A stretch of DNA of 64,000 nt from the NCBI GenBank assembly GCA_040285855.1, contig JAUFOQ010000004.1:2542001-2606000 (forward strand), read 5' to 3'. The notes under the pieces were generated by a model. That model did not search any database and was not told where the DNA came from. It was given only the letters and a program-made list of their open reading frames with translations. This DNA comes from Eukaryota sp. GEM-RC1 (Eukaryota). Shown piece after piece: positions 35,516 to 48,200 of the stretch. The position numbers and the translations under genes are program-made. How positions within the stretch are numbered: the stretch's first letter is position 1; each line of letters starts with the position of its first letter.

Positions 35516-37946
35516 TCAATAAAACACAACTGAATCATCTTGAACAGCCAATATCTCATCATCCTTTAATCGATCTAATACAATTTCAAACTCTTCACTA
35601 GAAAAAGGCTTAACCGCAGCTTGATTAACAGAGCCCAATAACTCCTCAAGTTTCATCAAAGATCTACGTTTACGAGCCCTAATAACCGAGAAGCTATTAT
35701 ACATGAGCTCTGTGAACTCCTCATAACGACTGTCTGTCACGTCATTAGAGATTGAATTGGGCTCAATCAATGGAGTGTCCACGTCACTATCCAAATACAC
35801 TTCTTCATCATCTCCAGTTCTACTTCTCTTTGGTTCTCCGTTATTAGACTGAGTTCTAGTTCTAGCTTCAGCAATGACTCGAGAGACAGTTTCTGAGTAG
35901 AAGTTAGTAAATGGAGAGTTCAAAGCAGCAGCAGCTACTTCTATTGCCACTTCTACATCCTCCACCTCTACAACTGAGCTCCACCTAATCTTAGCATGAG
36001 CACATGACAGTCGAAACAACGTTTCTAGAGCTCTCGGAGTGATTGGGACCGAGAACTGAATTCCCTGCTCTTTGGACAACCCTTCATACTTCTCCCTTAA
36101 TTGACAGTAGTAGTCAACGGCAGCTTGGCTGGCTTCAGGGGTAAGCCTGGGACTGAACCTAGTCTTAATGTAGTAGAGGTATTTCTTTAAGAAATCTTGT
36201 TTAAGGGATTCGGTGCCGTAGGAATCTTTAATGAAGTAGTCATCGGATTCAACGTCAACATTTTGACCTTCAATCAAATTCTGTTCGAGGGCATTCAAAT
36301 CGACAGACTCATCATCAACTTTGTCAGATATAGAAACATTTAACAACTTGGCAACTGCACAATCATCTTGATCTCTATTCTGAGCTGATTCCTGATGAAT
36401 CCTAAGTACATGAGAGGCGATCTTCGAGTCAGATTCAGTATCACCAGCACCTCTAATAACAAACACCAAATCAAAACGTGATAGCAAAGAATCCGGAATC
36501 CCAATGTTCTCAGACAAACTCTTTTCAGAATCAAACAAGTTATGTAAAGGATTTGCTGCAGCCAGGATACTACTCCTAGCGTTAAGAGTGGCTTGGATTC
36601 CAGCTTTGGCAATAGAAACTGTCTGCTGTTCCATGGCTTCATGTAGAACACCTCTGTCTTGATCATCAAGCTTGTCAAACTCATCAATCACACAGAAACC
36701 TCTATCAGCCAACACTAGAGCACCAGCTTCAAGTCTCTTCTCATTGACAACTCCTAAAGAGGAGAGGTGGGAGGAGGCAAAAGTATCTGGAACAACTGCA
36801 GCTGTCAAACCAGCGCTAGATGAACCTCTACCAGAAGCTGAAACTCCAATAGTAACTGTTCGGAGAGTGTATCGAAGCATTTGACTCTTGGCAGTGGCGG
36901 GATCTCCAACTAAGAGCACGTTGATATCCCCTCTGATTCTACCGTGATTGCCAATCACGTGTTCGACACCACCAGCGAGCATTAGAAGGATTCCTTTCTT
37001 GACTGCGTTGTGACCAAAAATAGAAGGTGCGATTGATGACGATAAGAGCTCAAATAGATTGGGCTTAAAGGAAAGTTCCTTAATCATTGCAAAATCAGCG
37101 ACAGAATAGGCAGGTCTTCTAGAATCCTCGTTCAAGACTTGAACTGACACTCCAATCAAGACAGTAGCAAAAGAGGAAGAAGAGGGAGCGAAGGAAGAGC
37201 CAGATAGTAACCTAAAAACCCCCGCTACTAAGAGTCTACTGCCAACAGGTGCTGAGTCAGCAAGGTCAGAAAGAAGCAAGCACTCAACAGAACGAGGAAG
37301 TTGACCTGCAGGGGAGTTGTTCAGGAGCTTCTTGAATGGTGACCAGTTGAGCGTCAGTAAACTCAGAGAGGCCAAACTCTTGGGTAAGAGGATTGTTCTC
37401 GTGGTCAGTGGTGGCTATCCTACCTCCAAAGGAAGAGAGAGGACCAGCAACGAGAGGGTGGGGGTAGACTCTGGTGTGCCATTCATTCTTGGTTGGGCAG
37501 AAATGTTTCATTTGACGAGGGAGGGGGAGTACGGGGAAGCTCTGGCGATGACACCTTCGAGACAGACGAGTTTGTGGATGTGGAAGGCACGAAGGTTACG
37601 TGGGGTGGCGTGATTAGGACCAAAAGAGCCTTGGAATCCAATAGAGAAATGAGGAGCTACTTTTCCTTGAGGTTGACAACCCTGCAAGAATAGCAGGGAA
37701 ATTGAGTTGAATGGTGGATGAAAGTGCATCTTCAAAAGGAGGAATGAACTGAAGAGGAGAATTGAGGAGACCGTTGTACAGTTCGGGATCAAACTGTTCA
37801 ACGTCTTTAAGATCAACAGTGAGACGAGTTTTGCCTGACTTAAGGAGGTTTTCAATTTTCTTGTGATACTTTCCACCTAGGATATCGGGTGACAGGAACT
37901 GTACATAAGAACCACGTATAAGATCTGGCGAAACATTGTGACTCAT
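35516..37946 (-). CDS. MCM3: DNA replication licensing factor MCM3; several frameshifts in 37310-37690
   Basis: [49 protein letters not shown] and TPRALETL. Confidence 0.92.
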
Positions 37947-37976
37947 TTATAAGAAGAAATTTGTTTGAAGGAAAAG

Positions 37977-37985
37977 TTTCCCGCC
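37977..37985 (+). promoter_or_regulatory. E2F-type site TTTCCCGCC in the 47-bp MCM3/CFAP20 divergent spacer
   Basis: Matches TTTSSCGC and lies ~30 bp upstream of the MCM3 ATG. Confidence 0.5.
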
Positions 37986-37993
37986 CATTGCAC

Positions 37994-38605
37994 ATGTTCA
38001 GAAACAGCTATCAGTCAGGTTTTCTATCAATTCTATATTCCATTGGATCAAAACCGCTCCAAATATGGAACAAAAGTGTGCGGAATGGACATATCAAAAG
38101 AATCACAGATCCTGATATTCAGTCGCTCGCTCTTGAAATTGCTGGTACCAACGTCAGCACCACTTATATAACGTGTCCGGCGGATCCTAAACAAACACTC
38201 GGAATCAAACTCCCCTTTATCGTCTTCATCTTGAAGAATCTTAAACGTTACTTTACCTTTGAAGTTGAGATTCTTGATGATAAGAATGTCCGTCGCCGTT
38301 TCCGTGCAAGTAACTATCAAGCAAACTGCCGTGTAAAGCCTTTCATCTGCTCCATGCCTATGCGTCTTGAACCTGGTTGGAATCAAATCCAGTTCAATCT
38401 CAGTGACTTTACTCGCCGTGCTTTTGGTACCAATTACATTGAAACCCTTCGAGTCCAAATTCATGCAAATTGTCGTCTCCGTCGTATCTATTTCACTGAC
38501 AGGCTATACTCTGAGGAAGAACTACCAGCTGAATTCAAGTTGTTCTTGCCTTTCCAGAAAACGCAACAAGAACCAACTGAGCAACCTCAGTTCATGGATA
38601 ATTAA
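37994..38605 (+). CDS. CFAP20: Cilia- and flagella-associated protein 20 (BUG22)
   Basis: [25 protein letters not shown]...[15 protein letters not shown], a near-invariant family sequence. Confidence 0.97.
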   Translation: MFRNSYQSGFLSILYSIGSKPLQIWNKSVRNGHIKRITDPDIQSLALEIAGTNVSTTYITCPADPKQTLGIKLPFIVFILKNLKRYFTFEVEILDDKNVRRRFRASNYQANCRVKPFICSMPMRLEPGWNQIQFNLSDFTRRAFGTNYIETLRVQIHANCRLRRIYFTDRLYSEEELPAEFKLFLPFQKTQQEPTEQPQFMDN

Positions 38606-38839
38606 TTAATGGATGTACAATATATAATACTTAAGCTTTTAAATTTTTGAATAAAAATGAGTTACATGAATTGCCCACAGTGATACATCATAAACTCTTG
38701 ATTTTGTGTATTGTGTTGGTCCCTTGCTCCTTAATTGCATAATGACATGCAGTAGCCGGCTTTAAACGAAGCGATAAGGGTGGGATCAACCCAACGGAAG
38801 TTGAATTCAATTCAGTCATTACTTTCCGTTCATTGAGTC

Positions 38840-39607
38840 ATGATTCCAATTACTCTATTGTTGCTGTTTGCGTTTGCCGCATTTGTTTCTGCTGATGTTA
38901 ATTGCTGTGTTGGAACACTCTGCGTTAATGCTCAAGAAGATGTGCTTGATCTTCAGCTTATGAAGTATTTATGTGGTTCCGATGTTGAGAATTGTAGCCC
39001 TGTATGCAAACCACTCGAAATTCCCTCCACTTTTACCGGTCCCTGTACCACTGAAGGTGATCAGGAAGGATTACCTTTCTGTGAATTTGACCTTGAAGCT
39101 GAACTTGGAAGTGAACTCGGATCTCTTGGCTGTGTGTCCCGTAAGACTATGCTTGTATGTTCCTCATATTGATTCAGAGTAACTGAAGGCGCGAGGTAAA
39201 TCTTGGGTTGACAAAAAGATCCCTTACTCTCAGAAGAAGACTTATCAAGGATATAGGACTGATTGTTCAGGTTTGTCCTATGTCATTGCTCATTTCAGGA
39301 TTTGTTAGTATGTGTTGGGGAGAAAAGAAACCTGGTTACACTACCCGAACCATCAACCAAGTGAGTCACACGATCTCCAAAGGGTCATTACAGGCAGGTG
39401 ACGCTCTTTTAAATGCTGGATCTCATGTTGTTCTATTTGTTAAATGGGCAAACAGTGCAAAAACCAAGTATGTCTCCTATGAAGAGTCTGGTTCAAAGGG
39501 TTCTGTTGCACGGTATGTCACTCATCTAATGTATTCACCTCAGTGTTACTCCTTATCCTTACTGGAGTGGAAGCTATCATCCCATCCGTTATAACAAAGC
39601 ATGTTAG
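38840..39607 (+). CDS. Secreted NlpC/P60-like cysteine hydrolase, copy 1; introns 39155-39188, 39271-39298, 39513-39543
   Basis: Signal peptide and Cys-rich N-domain. Spliced product reads IPYSQ..GYRTDCSGFVSMCW..GDALL..HVVLF..YEE..PYPYW. Confidence 0.85.
39155..39188 (+). other. 34-nt intron
   Basis: GTATGT...GTAACTGAAG. Removal gives collinearity with the paralog, which has no intron here. Confidence 0.85.
39271..39298 (+). other. 28-nt intron
   Basis: GTTTGT...CTCATTTCAG. Removal restores DCSGFVS. Confidence 0.9.
39513..39543 (+). other. 31-nt intron
   Basis: GTATGT...TTCACCTCAG. Removal restores VARVTPYPYW. Confidence 0.88.
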
Positions 39608-39787
39608 TGTTTAAGGTTTAGGTTATTTGTTAATAAATTATTTCTTATACTTGTACTTAGAGCAATTGATTTGGTGACTTATCGTCAAGAATACTCAAAA
39701 TTGAATTGCCAATTAAGGGTTCGGTCATTGGACAACCGTTTAATTACCAATCAATTGACCAATTAATATTTATTTATTAGAGAGAGA

Positions 39788-40830
39788 AATGTTTATTCGG
39801 CACCCAATAAGGTAACCTTCCTACAAACTATGAAATTGTAAAAACAAACAAATAATACTAAGATTAATCCAAACGACTTCATCACCACCCGGTAAAAGAT
39901 TACGTTTATCAACATTAACCTTCACACCAAACTTGTACAATTTCTCAATTAATCTAGAGAAATAGAAAGGCATATTCCGATATATGAAAAACACTATACG
40001 GTTTTTCCATTCAGCCATTCTAAACTTACGCTTCTTTTCTTTACACAATTCTTCGAAATCCTTGAAAAATTGATCACCAGCAGGACTAATAGATCCAAAA
40101 AGAGAAACAGCAAAAGGTTGAAACACAAATTTAGAATATGAGTTTCTATTTAATTCTTCTACTTGAGAGTCATACTTGGAGTGTTTGAGCTTTTCAGCTG
40201 CTGTTAATGGATTAAAAGTAGAATCTAATATCCTACTAACACAAGATTTGTTACATACATCTACTGTAGTAAAATCCATTAATGATTGACCCGATTTAAG
40301 CCACGGAGTATGTAGATCCCCTCTTTTTGATCAGTAAATTCATTTTCTGAAAGATGATTCAAAACTGGTTCAACTTTAGAGTGAAAACCATGTGCTTTAA
40401 ACATGGAATAACAAGAATCACGTACACCATCATGAATTACTGCACGTAGATGAATAAAATAACGACAATTAATTAAATGACGAAAAACACCATTAGCTCC
40501 ACAAGAGCACGTTGAATAGTTTAATAAATTTGCAGGCCAAATAGCCAAACGAAGACGCATATTGATCATCCAAGCTTCATCAGATAGATGTAATCCATAC
40601 ACCTTTGGAATTTGAGAAATAAATCCAGAAGGTCCACTATTACAAAGATCGATCAAAAAGCAGCGAACTCGGGACTATTAGTTTTAGCCAAGCTAATACG
40701 ATTATTAAAGTCCAAGAGTTCAAACTCCTTGTCAATTTATTTTGCAGCTTACATACAGCAGACGGTAGAGATGAAATATTTTTAAAGGAGTCTCCTTCAA
40801 ATGAGCAGGGAACAAAGATTCCCACATTTC
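39788..40830 (-). mobile_element. 5'-truncated CRE-like retrotransposon with 3' UTR
   Basis: CCHC and endonuclease motifs. Near-identical segments occur at 45865-46152 and ~62900-63105. Confidence 0.85.
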
Positions 40831-40859
40831 AGGAGACAAAAAATTATTTATTTGTTTAT

Positions 40860-41335
40860 AATTGCTCCTTTCCTGGATTCATCTCAAGTTGTGGTTGATT
40901 TTCCTGCAGTTGACCCGTTTGCAAAAGTCTACCAAGACTCCATATTGAATGATTCAAATGGTCATCTTGAAAAGGCTGAACAGCGAAAGTGTTCAAATAA
41001 TGCGGATGCTTTGAAGAAGCTCAATGAAAATCTATATTCTATGTTTTCTTTTGCTCCATTTACAATTTGAATTTTTGGTAATATTGGTCCAGCCGGTTTG
41101 TAGTTTTTCAACGATTTTAGTCTTTTATGTCGTTCTAATGGCAAGGTATTTAATGGTGTTGTATGGATTAATCGAATTATGTTTGCTCTTTATAGAAGCA
41201 TTGCCAAGTATTTAAGTTCCATTTATTCGAAGTTGTATAGGGACAATTCTCGTGTTGATGTCTAGGTGGAGAATTTAACTTCTTTCATTTTCTGAATAAC
41301 AGTAGTATGTATTAATTTATTGTTGCAAATAAACT
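40860..41335 (+). mobile_element. CRE-like retrotransposon 3' fragment
   Basis: VVDFPAVDP..LEKAEQRK..FAPF remnants. Confidence 0.7.
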
Positions 41336-41424
41336 CTCTTCATAAAAATGAATATTTTACTATTAAATTTGATGAAAACATCTTGACTGATATACCAAAG
41401 AATTTATTCACAAAGATTACCCAT

Positions 41425-42112
41425 CTAACAAATATTGTTATAACGAATAGGACTGAAGGAACCAGACCAATAAGGACTAGAGTTAGTGAGAAGAACTGAA
41501 ACAAACTAGGGAGTGACGCGAGCAACAGAACCCTTGGACGAAGACTCCTCGTAAGCCAGATACTGGGTATGAGCACTATTGGCCCATTTGACGAACAATA
41601 CAACGTGTCCAGATCCTAACAAAGCATCACCTTCACGTAAGTCATTCTTAGAGATACTGCGAGATACTGAGGAGATGGTGCGAGTGGTTAAACCAGGTTT
41701 AGATAATCCCCAAGCCATGCTAACGAATCCTGAGGTAAGAAAGAAGGACCAAAATACCAGAGCAATCAGTTCTATATCCTTCAAAAGTCTTGGACTGAGA
41801 GTATGGAATATGAAGGTCAACCCAGCGTTTTCCATGAGCCAATACTGTCTGACGAGAGACACAGCCAAGAGATTCACAGAGAGGAATTCCTTCTTGATCT
41901 CCATTAGCGGAGCAAGGACCGTTAAATGGTGATGGAACACTTAGACTATGGCAGGACAGGTCACAGTTTTCAACATCATCGCCACACAAATACTTAAGAG
42001 ACTGCTCCTGAAGTAGATCTGTTTGAGAGTTTACACATAATGATCCAACGCAGCAGGTTACATCGGCGGACACCAAAACTAGGACAAGAGCTAAGAAGAG
42101 ATAGAGTTGCAT
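41425..42112 (-). CDS. Secreted NlpC/P60-like cysteine hydrolase, copy 2; introns 41730-41757 and 41477-41506
   Basis: Spliced product reads IPYSQ..GYRTDCSGFVSMAW..GDALL..GHVVLF..YEE..PYPYWSG..PIRYNNIC. Confidence 0.85.
41477..41506 (-). other. 30-nt intron
   Basis: GTTTGT...CTAACTCTAG. Removal restores TPYPYW. Confidence 0.88.
41730..41757 (-). other. 28-nt intron
   Basis: GTATTT...CTTACCTCAG at the same position as paralog intron 39271-39298. Confidence 0.88.
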
Positions 42113-43653
42113 TGCAATTGAAAATGATGGAACATTATTGAAGGAATTAGTCATTTAACATGACGTTTCCTAATACCATCGTGTAGTGTTGTTTACAAAC
42201 AAGTTCAAGTGCTGCTGCAGAGTTAAATGCTCTTGATTGAGATATTGTCAACAGAGGAAATGATAGGCTTATGACACTTCTGAATTAGCGCACAACATAA
42301 TGATTAAATCACGTCATGACCAATGTCCATATCAGTATTTAAGTGTTGGTGTTAAATTGATAATGTTGTAGTGTATGTGTTCATAATCATGGTTGATTTA
42401 ACTACTTTTAACTTTATTAAAGTGAAGACAAAGCTTCAACAAAGTTCCATTCTAAGGAATCTTGCTTTGATGGTATTCAGTTTTAGACTATTTATTTCAT
42501 TATATTTGCCATAAAAAATAGTAGAAAAACAAATTTAACTACATTGTTCCAAGATTTGTGTTTGCTGTCTTTAAAAGTATGGTGACTTCTGTTTCTAGCG
42601 CTTTATTATCTCTTGGCAGACATTATGAGGATAAGGTTGGTGAGAATATCTAGATAGGAAATCTGGACTTTGAGGATATTGATTATTAGATGCATGTACA
42701 CTGTAGTGTTGTTGTCAATAAATACGAATGTTGAAAAAATGTACCAAACTAGTAGATTAGATTTTCCAAGCAATGTTTATAACATCAGCATCAGAATATG
42801 AACTAAGTGTTACACATTAGTGTCAATTAGCCTAATTGTCGTCCACAACAAGCTTCTACATAATTCGTTTAGCTCTCAGTTTTTCTTCTGATGAATCTCT
42901 CCTTCAACATCTACACTTAGCTCTGTCGTCATTTCCCTTTGTTTATCCATCGTCTTCATTTCTGTATACACTTCTTCTCGCTGTCTCGTTTCACCCACTT
43001 CTTCCTTGTACTCTCTCTTCAATTCCACAAGTGATGACGTGTCTGGTGATGACGTTTCCGATCCCTTCGGGTTTCTCTCTTTTCTCCCCTCTTTCAGCTA
43101 TTCTTACGAATTCTTCTTCGATATTTCTTGTTAGATGGAGTTGTGTCGATCCTTCTTGAGATTCTTAAAAAAAAACAATCAAGACTGAACCATGTACAGT
43201 TTTCTATTTCAAACCATTAATCCTTCTCAATAATTCGAAAAATTGCAATTTTTCTGCTCTATTGTTTTCAATGATACAGTTTTAGTGATGGAAGAAATTT
43301 CCGTCACCTTCATTTTCTTCCTCAATTTTGTAGATATTAAATATTGTTAAAGAGTTTTAAATAACCTGAATTTTAAGTCTAAACATTAAAGTTCACGCTA
43401 CATACATGATTATAACTTCATCATAGTTCTTTTAAAGTCAGTTCACATTAAATTTGTTAGTTATTCTAATAATTAGAACTTGATCACGTTTATCCATTGT
43501 TTAATCATTTCATTTTATGCTCACTTTTTGATACAATTAAATTGTTTGACTCTAATCACTTATTGATATCAAACAGAGGAAGAACTGACAGACTCGAAGA
43601 CTTGCAGTAAGTACAGAAGAACAACTCTCAAGGACAATCTCTAATGAAAGAGC

Positions 43654-43940
43654 TTGCAAGGGAAAACAGTATGTGTTCGTAACGAAGAACAATCAACTGA
43701 GTTAGATGAACTTGATATCTATCTCAGTGATGGACTTATTGAAAAGGATCAAGATCCTGTGATGTGGTGGAAACTTACTGAATCAAAGTTCCCTAGAATT
43801 GCACTATCAGTTCAAGCCTGTAATGTAGCTTCTGAATCTCTTTTCTCACAGGCTGGAAGAGTTGTCCTGTCAGATCACGTCTAACAGATTTACATGTTGA
43901 ACCATGTGTCTGTATTAAGCGCTGGACAGTAGAATAGTTT
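43654..43940 (+). mobile_element. hAT transposase C-terminal dimerisation-domain remnant
   Basis: ELDIYL..DPVMWWK..FPRIA..QACNVASESLFSQAG. Confidence 0.8.
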
Positions 43941-44159
43941 TGTTTTATGTAATGTTTGATAAGATACTTAATCAAGATTGTTTATGACGTGAGACTCAAG
44001 ATCAGACTTCGACTCAGAATTGCTGAGTCCGAGTCGAGATCCAACATAAGTATCATAAGTGTCATAGTCGATGTCTAAACCCTCATAGTTTTGCATAACT
44101 ATTTAGAAGTTTGTTTATTGAAGGCCAAGACGTGTCTTTTGGAAGAATTGGACTGCTTA

Positions 44160-44441
44160 TAAAATGGAATTTTATAATACAAGGAGAACAACGAACACTG
44201 GTTGTGGTTTATGAACATGTTTGAACAAGCGGTAACAATGGAAAACACTCCTGCCTTTGTCAGTGATCGACAGAAAGGTTTGCTAGATGTAATAACTTCA
44301 GTCTTTCCAGATTCACCTCATGCTTTTTGCGTAAGAAATTTAACTGAAAACTTGGCCAAAAAATGTGGAAAACAGGAAGTATGCAAAAACCTCTGCAGAG
44401 GTTCGGATATCAGCTCTTTCTGTGTTGTTTGGTATTTTTAA
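44160..44441 (+). mobile_element. MULE/Mutator transposase remnant
   Basis: W.WF..FVSDRQKGL..VFP.SPHAFC.RNL.EN. Confidence 0.75.
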
Positions 44442-45075
44442 AAGATGCTATTCATAAAAGTGTTATTTATGATTGAGGTGTGTGAGAAAATTGGTATTTA
44501 TGACAAAGATCCATTCTAGAATTGGTATCCGTGACTACAAGAACTTTGGTTTTTAAAATCGAGAGAAATTGTAGACAGAACAAGGAATAATTGAAGATAA
44601 TTTACTGGACAGAGTAAGCAAAGGACAAAAAAATTCGGTGAAGAAAGCACTTTTGGGTTTTTTTGAGCTAGCACGGTTTATCAATGAAAAGAATAATTAA
44701 ACTGTTTCCACTAGTGCATCCACTAATGGAGGGTTTTTGGAGGGAGTTCACTGGAGTCATAGTATATTGTCTGAATCTTTAGCCATGTCATTAGTGGTTT
44801 TTTCACCAAAGTTTCGCGATTTTCTACTCAACCGTGGGCAGGTCATTCCTGCGAAAATCGTGTTGGGTTCAAAGCAAAACGTTCCATCAGGTACGTTTCG
44901 ACCAGATCGAAGTGTCATTATGAATAAATTTCAAAATACTCTCTATGAAACAGTAAAAACTGACCAGTTTCTGACCAACAACAACACAGTTCGTATCCAA
45001 CCTAGAACTAGTATTACCTTATTAAGTTTAAACCACAGAACAAAAGAGGTGAATGTCTCATTGTTGGATTGGATG

Positions 45076-46373
45076 CAGTGATCGGAACTAAATAATTGCA
45101 CTACAAATAATTTAAATACAATATATCCCAATTATTTATTGTTCGAGTACCACAATACAATACAATAAATAAAATATACTGATTACAATACAAATTATTT
45201 TTCATGTCTACTTTCCTAAGATCTACTCATCCAAACAGATCAGTGACAACTTTTTGAGGTCAGAGATGATTGTGACGACCGTACTGCTTCTCCTAGAGAC
45301 AACCATGTGAAGTACGATTGTTAATGCAGCAGTTATCAACCGCTGCATCCCACATCCATCCACTCAATGAATAAAATTGTCATGTATGTGTCCAAAACTA
45401 TCGCCATAAATAGTAAATATTGGTTGTTGTGTTTTCAATGTGAACACTATATGAATTCTATTTTAGACAAGTATGTTGCTGGTACATGGAGATTCGTCTT
45501 TTCCACCGAGCAGCTTCTTACTGTTAGTATACTCTCACAGTTCGTGTGAAATTCTGGTTTTTCTTTAGCATTTATTGTCTTCAAACATTATATCAATGGC
45601 GACGGTCTGCTTCTGAATGAATGACACCCTAAGACAATTTTTGTAGCTAACAAATGCACGAATTTTGAGAATGATGGGATATACCTTCAAACACTTGTTA
45701 CCGCCAATCTGCTGGACCATATACTAAGTAGAGTGTAGAAATACGTGTATATTGTTCTTGGTATTTCATTTTTTCTTCAACGATTTTGTATAGCCATCCC
45801 TTTTACCAATAGATGTGTGGTGTTTCGATCGTGAATTACTTTTTGTACATCCATGAACTTTTTTGATCAATTTTTCAAGGATTTCGAAGAATTGTGTAAA
45901 GAAAAGAAGCGTAAGTTTAGAATGGCTGAATGGAAAAACCGTATAGTGTTTTCCATATATCGGAATATGCCTTTCTATTTCTCTAGATTAATTGAGAAAT
46001 TGTACAAGTTTGGTGTGAAGGTTCATGTAGATAAACGTAATCTTTTACCGGGTGGTGATGAAGTCGTTTGGATTTAATCTTAGTATTATTTGTTTGTTTT
46101 TACAATTTCATAGTTTGTAGAAAGGTTACCTTATTGGGTGCCGAATAAACATATTGGTTTTCCATGAACTAGTAATGTCATTATTAACACTGACTATGAC
46201 CATTGCAAAATCGACTGTATCATACTAGCAAATGTTAGTTAATGATATTTTTCAGTACAAATAGAATCAATATTGTTCACAATATTTTGTGATTATTGAT
46301 TAACAATACAATTATTTATTGTTGCAGTTTGCAAAAGTGCAATACAATACAATACAATAAATTCCGATCCCTG
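45076..46373. mobile_element. Non-autonomous hAT element (1298 bp) with a nested retrotransposon 3' end
   Basis: TIR CAG(T/G)GATCGGAA, perfect 8-bp TSD ATTGGATG, and CAATA subterminal repeats. Confidence 0.88.
45865..46152 (+). mobile_element. Short 3' end of a CRE-like retrotransposon
   Basis: Near-identical to the reverse complement of ~39789-40075. Confidence 0.85.
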
Positions 46374-46599
46374 ATTGGATGTCCTATATATGTCGGTGAA
46401 AATAGCAAACCACTGGTGTTAGCACGACTATTTCACACATTCATTTGTTAGGAAGACGTGTTTGAATTGTAAACATTGTTAAACCAATAGTGTATTTCCT
46501 AAAGAATCTATTGTAGGGTAATAGGGAGCATTATATTAGTGGTTACAGTTCTTGTAGTTCTTTAAGAATTTTTTAAATATATTATTGGAATGTATGATT

Positions 46600-47100
46600 G
46601 TAATTACGAAAAGAGAATCAATTTGTTAGTAAACGTAGTGCAGATGTTCTTCTTCTTCAGACAAATTGTATGTTGTCGATGTGCTGTCTGTTGATGTTTA
46701 TAAAAAGACGTCCTTAAAGAATGCCCAGCTGGAAACTGTGTCTTGAGATATTTCTGAACATGAAGCCAAAGAGGATAAGTACAAAAATCCATTGAATGAT
46801 CTGAAACATGTAAAACATGTTGAATATGAATTATGTCTTTTGTTGTATCAATTTACAGCCGATTACCAAAAAGTGTATAGAATTGTCTAAACGATTTCCG
46901 AAAATAGTTAAGAAAAAGGAGGGCCTTTGATCATATGTTATGGTCGGATCGTATCGCATTTGCTATTTGTAAAACAATTCCCCTAATCATCTCCAAAGCT
47001 TAATTGACTGTGAGTTCCTTTTATAAGAATATAACTGCTGTAAGAATCGATAGCGACGGGTGTTGTTTTAAGCAAATCAAATTTTAGTGTCTGTCAGTCA
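46600..47100 (+). mobile_element. Degenerate CRE-like retrotransposon 3' fragment
   Basis: Similar to the reverse complement of 33360-33850. Confidence 0.75.
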
Positions 47101-47269
47101 CTACATTTCTATGTAAGAATTTCTATGTAAGCATGCTAGTTTTTTTTCACGAATGCAGTCTGCTATTCACAAATATGAAATACAGTCACTATTTGATGTA
47201 CTCAAATGTTTTTTATACCTTTGTTTAAAAATCAAAGTATATAGAACAAAAACAAAAAGTACAAAAACT

Positions 47270-47580
47270 AGAACTCAATATCATTAAAGCAACAATTAAT
47301 TATTGCCATTAAAACTCATTTCAGCGTTTTTTCATGAAAAATACTGAGAGCTAATAGAGCTTTTGAAAACAAAATAGGAATTGTTTTACATATTGTAAAG
47401 ACAATTCGATTCAACCAAAACTTAACATCAAATTTCTTGTTCATTGTCTTTTTGATACACTTTCTCAAAATCAGAGAGAAAACAAAAAGAATCATTACTA
47501 AATCGACCATAAATGCAAAAGGACATAATTTGTACTCAAGATGTTTAGTATGATTGACAGCAGTCAAGGGAACATTGTAC
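47270..47580 (-). mobile_element. CRE-like retrotransposon 3' fragment
   Basis: KHLEYKLCPFA..FWLNRIVF..K.IP..SKAL. Confidence 0.72.
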
Positions 47581-47659
47581 ATGTATCTGTTTATCTAATA
47601 TTGTTCTGAAAAATCAAGGGGAGACACTATCTAGTTATTTATACATATCAGGTACTGAT

Positions 47660-48200
47660 TTGTGTTCGTGATCAGTGTTTATCTATGTTCAGATCTAATG
47701 GTTTCCATGACAAAGTTGAACTTCTTTTATCTGCATTTTCTGATTCTGTTATTCGGAACAAAAGTCGTGTTGATTTAATTGGACTTTTGAGGAATTCTCA
47801 AGAAATTGTACTGGACGTTACTACAGTTGATCCTTGTATTTCTACTTCGACCAAAAAAGTACTTAATGATGAAATTTCGGCCATTGAACATGTTGAAGAC
47901 AAGAAAGTTCTTCGATACATGGATTGTTTTGAAAAGAAACTCTCAAAGACACAATTCTTTTGCTTTTCAACATTTTGGAATTTCTTTCTATGGAAATTAA
48001 GGTACTGCAGCAAATAACTTCTTCTGTTCGTTTAAGGATTTGTGTAATGATTTCAGTAAAAAGTTCAACAATGGTTATTGGAAGTTTTTGCTGTATTTCG
48101 TTCTGTGCACAATTACTTTGATGATATCTTGAAGAGTTTGTTTGGTTGTATAGTAGGTTGTGTGATGGGGTAGGTTTATCTGTCTATTTTATTTTCTACA
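47660..48200 (+). mobile_element. CRE-like retrotransposon 3' fragment
   Basis: MFRSNGFH.KVE..RVDL..LDVTTVDP..E.KK..Y. Confidence 0.75.

Noticed and set aside
37994..38605. CAG reassigned to Glu, suggested by the odd tRNA acceptor stem
   Set aside because: CAG occupies conserved Gln positions in CFAP20 (YQSG, DIQS, QIQF).
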